A stretch of DNA of 63,252 nt, counting the filler, from Licmophora abbreviata (lineage: Eukaryota), in NCBI GenBank assembly GCA_900291995.1. It is 12 parts of 12 records of this genome, joined end to end, with 100 filler letters (N's around TTAATTAATTAA, not from the genome) between each part and the next. Parts side by side here need not be neighbours in the genome. Positions count along the whole stretch, not along the records: positions 29,403 to 40,004 come from OLMU01001644.1; positions 40,105 to 57,944 come from OLMU01001647.1; 10 more parts are not named here. One strand, 5' to 3'. Shown here in pieces: positions 36,326-47,363 of this stretch. The number at the start of each line of letters is the position of its first letter. Position 1 is the first letter of the stretch. The notes below the pieces were generated by a model. That model worked only from the letters and a program-made list of their open reading frames with translations, was not told the origin of the DNA and did no database searches. Made by a program: the position numbers and the translations under genes.

Positions 36326-39300
36326 ATGTCTCGCTTTTGGGCCGCCGGAGGAAGTTCTTCCGAGGAAGACTCGTCGGACGAGAGCAGCGTCAGCAGCAGC
36401 GACGACAGCGTCGAGCGTGGACGCGACAATCGATGGCAGGAACTCAGTGACGACAGTGGTAGGTTGGATCGAACATGCTTGCGTTCACGGCACACGATAA
36501 CTGTAGATGTGTATCACACTTCGTGTCTTACCTACAACAATGGAACGATCTCACCACTGTCCTCTCTGTCATAAACAGAATCCGAAGATGAAGTTCGCGT
36601 CGTCAAGAGTGCCAAGGAACGCTCTTTGGAAGCCTTTCAGCGTCACATTGCCAATTTGCGCAAGGCCATGAAACAAAAGGACTACTCCACCATCCAATCG
36701 GAATTCGACGATCTCACCAAAGCCATGATCAAAGCCAAGAAACTGTTGAAGGAAGGAGTGCCCAGGCCGCTCGTCAGGATTCTTGTCGATCTCGAAGACT
36801 TTATTGCCAACAATATTGGAGACAAGGCGGCCTTTCAGAAACTCTCCGCATCGCAGGGGCGGGCCTTGAATCGGATGAAGTTGACGCTCAAAAAACACAA
36901 CAAACCCTATTCTCTTGTCATGCAGGAGTATCGCAAGAACCCGGTGCTTGTTTCCAGTGACGAAGAGTCGGAGAGTGACGAAGCGGAGGAAGATAGTAGC
37001 GACGATGAAAGTGAGGCGGAGAGTAGCAGCAGCGACGATAGCAGCAGTAGTTCCGACTCGGTACGTTACCAACAAGAGCATTCAATTAAGCGAGAGAAAC
37101 CATACATTCATTGGCGCATTGATGAACCAAAGAGTGCACAAAGTCGTCACAAGGATGCCATTCAACCTCTGCATACATACACCATATACATTTGATATGT
37201 GTGTGTGTGCAGAAGCTGAATTCCTCGTTTCCGATTTGCATGGACCATGCCGCACGGCGTCGCTGTCAAAGCGGCACGTGCATTGTGTGTGGCTTTCCAT
37301 CCTATGAGACCAACTCTTTCGGCCAACTATTCCGGCCTTGAGTGACGACGTTTTTCTTCATCGTGGCCTACGATATACAGTATTATCATCCTTGTGACGA
37401 CAAAGAAACTCACGGAATGTTTCATCCCTTGTTTCGTTTGCTCTTTGGGAAGGACTCGGAAGAAGAGGAGGAGGACTCCGACTCAGACGAAGAGTCGGGT
37501 GACGAGAGCGACTGGGATGCTGACTCGGACGCCTCCTCGTCATCTGATAGTGAAGCTGGGGCGTACGCTGAACTCAAGGGCCGTGCGCGTTGGCTCAAGA
37601 AGAATACCGTTGCCAAGGAAAAGGTTGTCAAGAACAAAGAAGAGCGTGGTCGTCTCCGCTCCGAGGCAAAGGCAGCTGCGGTCGAAGCATCCAAGCTGGC
37701 CGACGCAGCCACGGCGACCAAGTCAGTCCTCTCCGAAGCCAATCTCAATCCTTCCATCTTGAATCGTAAGGTCAAGGAGATTGCGGCCTCTCGTGGTCGA
37801 CGTGGTACGGACAACCGTGAAGTCCTAAAGCAGCTCGAGGGCTTGTCACGTCTCTCCCTGAAGTTCGGACCGCGTGTCGAGATTCCCATCTTGATGCACC
37901 TCGTCACGGCACAGTTCGACTTGCAGCGTACCTTAGACGACTATATGGATACCAAGAACTGGCAGTCGTGTGCTTCGTACTTGAATCGCATTGCGAATGT
38001 GTTGGATAACGGGTACAAACTTGGAGTCGAAGTTGTGGAAGAAACGGACTTGATGATTGGTTCACTCGAAGGCAAGGGAAAGATGAAGGCTGCTGCGACG
38101 GCTGCGGACGGTGCCATGGCGGCCGTAGCAGCGGACGAAAAGCTCGTCAACCCCGAAACGGTAAGTAAACTCTTTGGATTCTTGTCGGCTTATTGCTGGG
38201 ACTATTCTGCGAGTCAACTCACGAATATCGACGAAAAATAATTTTGTCTACAGGGCGAAGAAGAGACACAGGACGAGAGGGCAGAGCGCGTTCGGCTGGA
38301 AAAGGAGAAGAACATGTCACCAGAAGAATTGAAGTCGATCCCGGTAACCGGTTCTCTTTCTCTCCATATTACACGCCTGGAAGAGGAGTACGTCAAGAGT
38401 CTGCAACAGATCTCTCCGCACACACCCAAGTACGTTGCTCGCCTGCGAGACGAATCCAAGCTTGTCGATTTGTTGGCACGTGTTCAGGCATACTATATGC
38501 GTGTGGGCTCCAGCGCAGAGGCTGCCGCTCTGGCACAACTCCGTGTCGAACACATTTACTACCGCCATGACTCGATTGCCAAGCGCGTTGATCATGCTTC
38601 GTCTTTCTTCAAACAATTTGGCGAGGTGGATATGCTTCATCCAGCATCCATCACGTCGGATGAGTCCGGGAGGGGTCAGACTGACTTTAGCAAGACGCAC
38701 CCAGCCGCAGTGTCAGGCAAGGCGGCGTTGGATGAACAGACCGAAAGCAAGGAGAACGAGGACTCCGAGGATCTCATTTCCGACTTGTGCATGTACGTAT
38801 ACCAGCACGGTACGGATCGATCCAAGACCCGTGCAATGATTTGTCATATTTATCACCATGCACTGCACGATCGATTCTTGGAGGCCCGGGACCTGCTGCT
38901 TATGTCGCATCTACAGGACACTATTTCGAACGCAGGCGACGTGGCAACCATGATTACCTTCAATCGCATGATGGTGACGCTTGGTATGGCTGCTTTCCGC
39001 CTAGGCAAGATTTGGAGCGCCCACCAGTGTCTATCGGAAACCTGTTCTGGTCGCGTCCGTGAGCTCCTGGCGCAGGGTGTCATGATGGGACGTTACAATG
39101 ACAAGAGTGCCGATCAAGAAAAGGCTGAGAAGCGTCGACAGGTTCCGTACCACCAGCACATCAACATGGATCTGCTGGAGGCGTGCCATCTCATTAGCGC
39201 CATGCTTCTTGAGGTCCCCAATATGGCGGCAGCTTCGGTCGACGCCGACACTGGCATGTCTCGTCGCTCCCGTATTATGTCGCGCACCTTTCGTAAGTAT

Positions 39301-39945
39301 CATGACATCTATTCCCGTCAGATCTTCACGGGCCCTCCGGAGCAGACTCGCGACTTTGTCATGCGTGCGTCTCAGGCACTCATGAATGGAGACTGGAAAA
39401 CGTGCACTAACTACTTGACCAATCTCGATGTTTGGAAGTTGGTTCCCGGTGAGGGCTCGGCGGAAAAGATTTGCGCCATGCTGGCGGAAAAGATCAAATT
39501 GGAGGGTCTGCGTACATATCTCTTCGCGTTTTCGGCTCAGTACGACTCCCTTTCGCTGAATCAGCTGTGCGCCATGTTTGAAATGACCAAGAGTGAGGTT
39601 CACAGTGTCGTGTCGAAAATGATGATCAATCGCGAACTCGTTGCCACGTGGGATCAGCCGACCGAGACGATTGTACTCCGCAAGGTGGAGCCTACGTCGC
39701 TGCAGATTGCCGCGCTTCAATTTGCCGAAAAGGCGGCTAATTTGGTGGATGCGAACGAACGTCTCTTGGATGCACAGACGGGCAGCTATGGCTACAAAGA
39801 AGGCGACTACCACTGGAAGGGTGGTGATTATCATGGTGATCGACGCGGAGGAGGATACCATCGCGGCGGTGGGCAGCGATATGGCGGCAATAACAACCGC
39901 GGCGGCAACTATCGCGGTCGTCGCAACCAGCGCTACAATAACTAG
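36326..39945 (+). CDS. EIF3C: Eukaryotic translation initiation factor 3 subunit C
   Basis: MSRFWAAG + acidic N-terminus, RVVKSAKER, ASRGRRGTD, HIYYRH, ARDLLLMSHLQD, PYHQHINMDLLE, PCI domain. Introns 36459-36578, 37061-37452 and 38161-38253. Confidence 0.95.
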
Positions 39946-40291
39946 TAAATGTAGAGGCTGCCCTCTAAACTCTTCTATTGCTAAAATGTTCATGCAAGAC
40001 CGATNNNNNNNNNNNNNNNNNNNNNNNNNNNNNNNNNNNNNNNNNNNNTTAATTAATTAANNNNNNNNNNNNNNNNNNNNNNNNNNNNNNNNNNNNNNNN
40101 NNNNCTCACCGCACGACACAAAGCACTACTCGTACACTGACAGGCGCAAAAGCAGTTTGGTTCGGGTGTTCATTGACCGCCTTGCATTGATTCATTCGCC
40201 ACGGGGTGTAGTGCAGTGTGTCCGCAGGGGAAAGAAGCTTCTAATTTGGGCCATCGACGAGTAATTAGCGACGAAACCGAGCCGAAAAAGC

Positions 40292-40896
40292 ATGGTAAGC
40301 ATAGACCTTCCGTCTCACCGGGCCCATGCGTAGCGATGCTACTGATTGCTACGCACGACCAGAGTGACTTGCACCACGGTAGATGTTTACTATCGATGTC
40401 TTCTCACCCCCACGACACCCACACACTCTCTCTCTCGTTCACGCAGATTCGATTCTTTTTGTTACAGAATCGACAGGGCAAGACGCGATTGTCGAAATGG
40501 TACGTGCCTCCTCCCACCTCGTCGCAAGGCAGAAATACCGAGGCGGAAAAGGCGAGAATCGAAGCCGAAATCCACCGCCTTGTCACGGCTCGCGATAAGA
40601 AGTACACCAACTTTATTGAATACAACTCATACAAGGTCATATATCGTCGATATGCTGGACTCTTCTTTACCATTGCCGTCGACATTACCGACAATGAACT
40701 GTCCTATCTCGAGACGATTCATCTCTTTGTCGAGTTACTGGATAGCTACTTTTCCAATGTCTGTGAACTCGACATTGTCTTTCATTTCAATAAAGTATAC
40801 AGTATTCTTGATGAGTTCCTGTTGGCAGGAGAGCTGGAAGAGTCGAGCAAACGAGAAATTTTGGATCGAGTCAAGTTTATGGAAAAGTTGGAGTGA
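40292..40896 (+). CDS. AP2S1: Adaptor protein complex sigma subunit, most like AP-2 sigma
   Basis: ATG-only first coding exon (40292-40294), intron 40295-40446, then [19 protein letters not shown]...YRRYAGLFF...[32 protein letters not shown]. Confidence 0.88.
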
Positions 40897-41015
40897 CGAA
40901 CAAAATGCCTCGCGGCGTCCTCTACTGTGATGTATGTTCTTACCTGTTAACTCCAGTGGTACCAGTATAAGTTATCGCCATAATTACTCCTATGATATTA
41001 TTAGGGCTGCCGCAA

Positions 41016-42431
41016 TTACTCTTGTCTTGTTTCGGAAAGCGAGTTGTACGATTCTTGCAGAAACATTGTTGCCGCCTTGCGTATTGCAGGCGTGGCCATC
41101 TCGTCTTTGTGTCCGCTGTCTTCTTTCCATTCATGTTGTCGTCCGTCCCGCCCCTTGCTGTATTTTCGCGCCGTCTCGTCTATGTTTCGCTTCATCGTAT
41201 CCGTCACCTCTACACCAAAGTGATCCGGCAAGACACGATCGTACAAAATAGCAGGAAGATCGGCATAGTTGACCGCCATGCCCACCTCACTCCGTCGCAT
41301 GGCCTCCACGGCCGATTCTGTAATGCTCGCTAGATGCGCCGCACAGTACTGCTCATTCGACAAGGACGACACCTGCGGAATGCCTGCTCGGTTGACAAGA
41401 TCTACTACGATGCGCGGTGGAAGTTGCCTCGGCCGAACACAATTGGCATTCTTCGTATTGCCCTTCGACAAGTGACTCATCATGACCTGGACCGGCTCTC
41501 GGTAGACAAAGATCCAGGGCGTGGTTGGAAATGCCAGTTGAAAGACTTGAATGTTGCGTGTTCCGACACTTTGAATCTTGAAAAAGAGCGACGTTTCCTT
41601 GTCATCTTGGCTTCGTCCCATCAAAAATACAACTTGTTTCAATACCTCGGCCGCCTGTTCCACACCGCACATGTCGTATCGTTCTCCGCAGATACTCTTT
41701 AATGCGACAATGGGAGGGGCCGACTCACTAAAGACACGGTGGTGAGTAGGATCGGCAGCAAGGAGTGAATTGGCCACGAGCGTACTGCCGCAACGGGATT
41801 CGTGAAAGACGACGCCTTTGAGTTGCAGTGATCGAGCGGTGCTGGTTGTTGTCGTCCTTGTGGACGCATCGTTTATTCGATTCAGTATTGGCCGTAGCTT
41901 GACTCGGTACCGTATTCGATTGCACTCAGAAGACTGCGATACTAGATCACGAAACATGGGAATCAACGAAGGATCGCGCTTTTGCCTGGCAAAGTCGAGT
42001 GTGCAAAACTCGCCAGTGATTGAGTCGAGTATGCTGTCCGTAGGACCGCCCAACCAGTTCGATTCTTTAACGATGTTGACGAGATGGATTTTGGCATCAA
42101 TAATTCCTTGAATAGCGTCCGAGTGATCGCTAGGATCCTTCAAATCAATATTGACGACACGATAGCCGTCGCTGTACGAACGACCAGCCTTCTTGTTCTC
42201 GTTGCCTGCTCTTGATCGCAGGCGGCTCGTTTTCCACTGCTCTGACCGTTCTTCAGGCGTAGCCCTCGCTCCTCCGCCAAGTCCAGCCAATCTTAGTACG
42301 ACAAGCAGACTGACAAGACTGCTCAGCACCACCGCCAGTCGCCGCCACATCACTCGACGGGCGCCGAGACCGTTGTTTCCTTTCGCCATGCTGGTCGACG
42401 TCCCTGCTGGGGGAATCTTTTTTGCAATCAT
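41016..42431 (-). CDS. Type-II membrane sulfotransferase-like protein (FHESRCGSTL family), paralog 2
   Basis: Intronless. TM segment RRLAVVLSSLVSLLVVLRL; FCTLDFARQKRDPSLIPMFRDLV; VFHESRCGSTL; WIFVYREPVQVMMSH; colinear with 32557-34236. Start 42431 or 42389. Confidence 0.78.
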   Translation of the reverse strand: MIAKKIPPAGTSTSMAKGNNGLGARRVMWRRLAVVLSSLVSLLVVLRLAGLGGGARATPEERSEQWKTSRLRSRAGNENKKAGRSYSDGYRVVNIDLKDPSDHSDAIQGIIDAKIHLVNIVKESNWLGGPTDSILDSITGEFCTLDFARQKRDPSLIPMFRDLVSQSSECNRIRYRVKLRPILNRINDASTRTTTTSTARSLQLKGVVFHESRCGSTLVANSLLAADPTHHRVFSESAPPIVALKSICGERYDMCGVEQAAEVLKQVVFLMGRSQDDKETSLFFKIQSVGTRNIQVFQLAFPTTPWIFVYREPVQVMMSHLSKGNTKNANCVRPRQLPPRIVVDLVNRAGIPQVSSLSNEQYCAAHLASITESAVEAMRRSEVGMAVNYADLPAILYDRVLPDHFGVEVTDTMKRNIDETARKYSKGRDGRQHEWKEDSGHKDEMATPAIRKAATMFLQESYNSLSETRQE

Positions 42432-43074
42432 CAGAAGGGTGGACACAAGCAGTGAGTGGTAGAAAGAGTGATGCTGACAACAGGACGTCGATACAACGAC
42501 CGCAAACAGAATGGGCAACGTGTCTATGGTGGTAAATGCTACAACCTCGCACACATACTCACATGGTTGGCGGCGCGCACTTTTTCTTCGACCCTTTCGA
42601 CTCTGCCGCGATGGTCTCAGTGCAGCTCTCAATCTGTCAATCCAGCGACTTTTCCAACGTACAATAGCAATGTGTACCTGTTACCGATCCAAGTTGTGGT
42701 ATACTGATGCGACGCAGGGGAAAGATCCGCATCGTTCACCGTTCAGTGTCGACACTGAAATGATGCGAATGTTGAATGTCGAATGTTGTGGGCTGTCGGG
42801 CGCGCGCCGCTCGAAGCGCGCATTCAAGTCGTTCTCAGGGTGGGAGGAAGAAAGTCCATGTTAGAATGTCTCAGATGCCATAGCGCATGGCAAGGATTGG
42901 GTTACTAGACTACCTGGTACGGTATTGTTAACAAGAAGAAGCGGTGATATTGAGTTGTCTTTGAATCTATAATGCGAGTTATGTGATGAAGTTGGTAAGA
43001 GCTAACAGCCAGATACTGCCAGAAACCACGAGATGATATCGACTCTTGGTTGACCTCCAGCCCAACAACCCCTA

Positions 43075-43773
43075 CTACCATTCAAACTCGTCAAGTGGCA
43101 AGTTCGCATCCAAGGCCGCATAGTCAAGCGTGTTATACGGATGCGGGAGTCGCCCAAGCTCCTTGTCATCAACCCGGTTCGTCTCAACATCAGCGATAGT
43201 AGTGGTCCAGGCGTCAAGCTCTTCCATCGTGTCACTACTTCTTGTAGTCTCGAAGCGCTTATTGTCATTAGAAGAAACAACTTCCGACGGCGCATGCTTG
43301 CAGTCCGGTAGACTCGAACTCGGCGCAGTCGTCTCGGATATAACAGGACAGATCAAGACCGGGGAGGGAGCGATAGCAACGCTTGCGACCGTGTGGTCGA
43401 GGCGTTGTCGCTTGAAGTCGGAAGGCGTCTCCAAGCCACTGACAGGAACGTCTTGGTGGGAGTGACGCTTGGTGAAGTTTCGTTTCGCTACGGGGATCTG
43501 GCATATGACACAATAGCAAAAGAGACGACCACTAAGAGCACAGGCGGGGTGCGAACATTTCAGTACAAGTCCATGTGGAGCATTTGGTGGGATCTCTATG
43601 TAGGCTGTACGAGGATTATGTCCATTCCCCATCAAGCCTCGTGCCTTACACGGAATTCTCCTGGTGGCTGGGCGACGCGATTCCGCAGCGACACCGGGAG
43701 GAAAGAATAGAAAGTCATCGTCCGTGACTATCCGTTTTATGCTGGAAAGCGATGGCTCGGCAGTCATAGTCAT
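43075..43773 (-). CDS. Hypothetical protein with a Cys/His-rich putative zinc-binding domain
   Basis: IPCKARG...H...AYIEIP...HG..LKCSHPAC...FCYCVICQIPVAKRNFTKRHSH, followed by an NLS-like KRQR and a disordered acidic tail. Confidence 0.7.
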   Translation of the reverse strand: MTMTAEPSLSSIKRIVTDDDFLFFPPGVAAESRRPATRRIPCKARGLMGNGHNPRTAYIEIPPNAPHGLVLKCSHPACALSGRLFCYCVICQIPVAKRNFTKRHSHQDVPVSGLETPSDFKRQRLDHTVASVAIAPSPVLICPVISETTAPSSSLPDCKHAPSEVVSSNDNKRFETTRSSDTMEELDAWTTTIADVETNRVDDKELGRLPHPYNTLDYAALDANLPLDEFEW

Positions 43774-44673
43774 GGAGTCTGCCGGTACTAGCAAACGGAC
43801 AGGCTTTCAGGGGTCTGTGCTGGGTGAAGAGGACAGTGCTCGACGAGCGGCGACTGCAACTGCTGAACAAAAACTCGCTTTCAGATCGAGCAAACGGCGA
43901 CAAGAAGAGCGAAGAGGGACCAGTATCATAGAAGGTCGGGCGCAAGTACAAACAAGAGCCAACGAGGCCAGAAGCCAGAAGTCTCTTCTCGCCTTCGACG
44001 TGGGAGACTTGAAAGAAGACTGGGTGAGTTCTTCCAAAGGGCCTTTGAGGGGAATCGAATCGTGGAATCGCCTGGCAGGCCACTTTCCGGTATCGTTCTA
44101 CGAAGCAAGGCTTTGCCGGATTCGGATGGTGGGAGGAGTACACAGAGCGGGACTTATTTATTATTTTATTACATATACGAGGATGTCCTATTCCAGAGAT
44201 TTTATAAATATTATTTATGAATATACATGATTGTTGACGATCCAGACGCCATCCAGATCAACATTAGGGTGCCCCGCGCGCCAATTTTTTTCTCAGAACG
44301 CAACAGGAAATGCACGACAATCTCAAAATCGTGAATACCAGCCGCTCGGGAGAGACCATTTCGCAAGTAGGATTTATCGATGCGTTACCGTGCCCGACGG
44401 GCGCTAGGATCTTCTTATTCTGGCACAAGCTACAAGTCAGTCGTACCAGGTATCGCATGGGATAGGAGCCGGTACAGGGCAAAAGCAGACGAACTCAGTT
44501 CTGTCAACATACGAGTAGCTCTTTTTCACACATGGAAATTCCAGTTATTATTATTATTATGAATATCACTTCTTGTTACAACAAGTAAGCCACGCGCGTA
44601 AATCATCGAAAACGCATGCGTGGCTTTCGTCCTCTTCGTCCTCAAATAGTATGCACAACATTACACAATCACA

Positions 44674-46896
44674 TCACATGGCCACCAACAAGCTCATCAA
44701 GAGCGGCTTCGCCAAGAATTGATTCGTCGACGAAAGTTGCTGCTGCTGTTCGTTGCTGAACATGCTTCTACCCAAACCTCTACTCTCCAGCTTAGCTTCT
44801 CGCTCAGTCGCCTTGGCAACTGCCACTAACAATCCGTCGTGCCGTGCCATGTGCGCTCGATTGGAGAAATCAGTAGCCAATCGTTCCAGTGCCGTAATTG
44901 CCGACTGAGGAATCTCGTGATTCTTGGAGTATTCCATACTAACACCTGCCACCAACGCACTCAACACCGTTTTGCTGCACAGTAACTTGACATTGGCAGG
45001 CTCGTTCGTAAGATGCATTATGGCGCGCATGGCATTGTGACGGTCCGTCAGCGGTGCACTTTTGGCGCACATGTCCAGGATGGTATCGAGAATACCTGGA
45101 TGATGCGCCATGCTCTCTCGATTCTCCTGATCACGTGCCTTGACACGTAACACTGAGCTCAAACCGGAATTGGCATGAGGACTCATCGACGCCACCACCA
45201 GCGCATCCAGCAAGGTCATGTAGCAAGGCATCTTGTAGTGAATGCTTGCGGCAATCTTGGTCAAGGCCATCGACGCACGCGACTGCACTTCGGCATTGTC
45301 GTCCTTGGTAGTGACAACAGCCAATGTTTCCAAAAGTCCCTTGTGACTTCCCATACGCTCAGCTGTCTCGTCGCATGCGAGATTGGTGATGGCTCCTGCA
45401 GCGCGCCTCCGCGTCTTGTCGCTGGAATCGGTGCCGACGGTCTTCTTCAGCGCCTCCAGTACCACACCAGTACCATACGTGACGAGACGCAGGCGGCTGG
45501 TTTTGGAGTAGGCCAGGTTCTGCAATGCCGATACCGCCGACTCCCGTGTCTCGGTTACTTGCTCTAACACAGCCAGCTTGACGAGCGTCCCAAGGAGCTT
45601 GTCCATGTTGGCCATGCGAGTATGGTTCTCTTCGTGCGACGCCAGATCCATGAGTGCAGCGGCAGCATATTCTCGCGCAATCTCAGAGGTGTCGAGTGCG
45701 GCGATGCGAAGGAGCGTCTCAACGAGGCCAGTACTATTCATCATGACGAGCTTATTGTTGTCACAATTGGCGAGGTTGGCAATGAGTTTCATCCGTGCGA
45801 CTCGACAGTCGGCGTTGAGTTTGGACGATGTCACTCGCTTCAACAGGTCGAGCACACCACGATATCGAATCAAGGTCGGTCGAAGTTCCGAGACGCGAGA
45901 GAGATAGTAGAGCGCCCTGGAAATATTCAACAAGGTCACAACCGAGTGCTTGAGCTTATTGGATTCACATTGTCCAAGAAGCGTAATGAAGATAGGAAGT
46001 AGGTTCGATCCAATCTTTTCGAAGGCGGCCTTGAGACTCTGCTGCGAGGATCGAAATACCATTTCGAAAGCCGCACACACCATGCGGATTTCATCGTCGT
46101 CTTCTGTCATGCTCAGAATGTGACTCAAGGCTTGAGCGGCACCATACTGAAGCTCAACGTTGTGCTGTTGTTCGTCGAAGTGATCAAACTCGGCACAGGC
46201 ATGCGTAATCACCGACATGCGCTTTTCACTCGAAACCGACTTGTTTAGCGCTGTGAGAAGACGAGAGAGGAAGATACACGTGAGCACACAGGGAGCAGCA
46301 GCGAGGAGAATGGAAGTCGATTTCATGAATAAAGTTGGCAGAGTATCGTCGCGTACCTTCAATGGCCCGTCTGGCACGGGCAACCTTATCGACGACCGGT
46401 TTCGGTGTCCCGGCTTCGCTTTTGAGTGGGGGGCGCGACGGGGAGTCGGAAACATGGTCAGAACTGCGTCGTGGTGTAGAAGCTACATTGAAAGACACGC
46501 CCTGGCGACCACTAGACGCGTCAGGCGATGAGTGCACTGACACAGAGGATGAGCCTGCATCGCTGGCATAATCTCCGTAGTATCGGCGCTGATGCGATTG
46601 TGAACGAACACGATGACTAGTAGTGGTCACACTGGACTGTCTTGCTTCTCTGTTGGTGGATTGAGGAGCATGAGACGACGGAGGCCGAGAGTGGGAGCTG
46701 GATACTGTTGCGGATCGACTGGTCGCTGATTTCGTCGCGCGTTGGATCGACGGATTGTCTTGGAATGGCTACTTGTGACGACCTGGGGCTGCGTCGACTT
46801 CATTGGCCCCCTCTTCATTGACGATCCTGTACTAGCACGGCTCGAGGGCGTCCCCGGAGAGGAAGAAGACGGCTTGTAGCCGAATGAAGAGGGCAT
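44674..46896 (-). CDS. Armadillo-repeat protein with Ser-rich N-terminal extension; apparent frameshift in exon 1
   Basis: Multiple ARM-like repeats (AREYAAAALMDLA, RESAVSALQNLA, RRRAAGAITNLA). Intron 46251-46356 links the upstream exon, which has no ATG of its own unless the frame shifts at ~46700-46770 to MPSSFGYK (46896). Confidence 0.8.
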
Positions 46897-47363
46897 CGTG
46901 CTTGGCGACGACTTTCTGGAGGACAAGTGAGAGGACGAGTTCAGAGTGCAGCAACACCGCCGAGATTGAGATGAGGAGCGAGATGATGAGGCGATTTGAA
47001 TTTTGGCAAAAATATCAATGAGGCCCAAATAGAACGTCCAGCGAGCACGACGATTAGATAACGGAAACACTTTCTTGTTCCATGATATCTAGGGTATTAA
47101 GAGCATTAATATTGGAAAACCTTGTATCGCTTGCTCGTCGCCAGTGATACACTTTTCCATCGAAGCTCGCAATTTTGAATTGTATTTCGCGCCCTTGTGG
47201 CTGATCGGATGATAATACTCGGAAGTACCTGTGCGTCTCTAGGAAATACTATGTAAGGCGACACATCCGGAGATACGCCATTTAAAAGCTCGACCCTTCT
47301 AAAACCTGCTTTTGATTTTACAGATTGGCTCTCCGACACACAATTGCATGCATTCATGCCTCG

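Noticed and set aside
39031..39993. 320-aa antisense ORF, and similar long antisense ORFs over ACCase, myosin, SPS and ARM genes
   Set aside because: Shadows of well-supported sense genes with no motifs of their own.
40292..40294. ATG-only first coding exon of AP sigma as a novelty
   Set aside because: Start-codon-only first exons are a known, fairly common eukaryotic gene structure.
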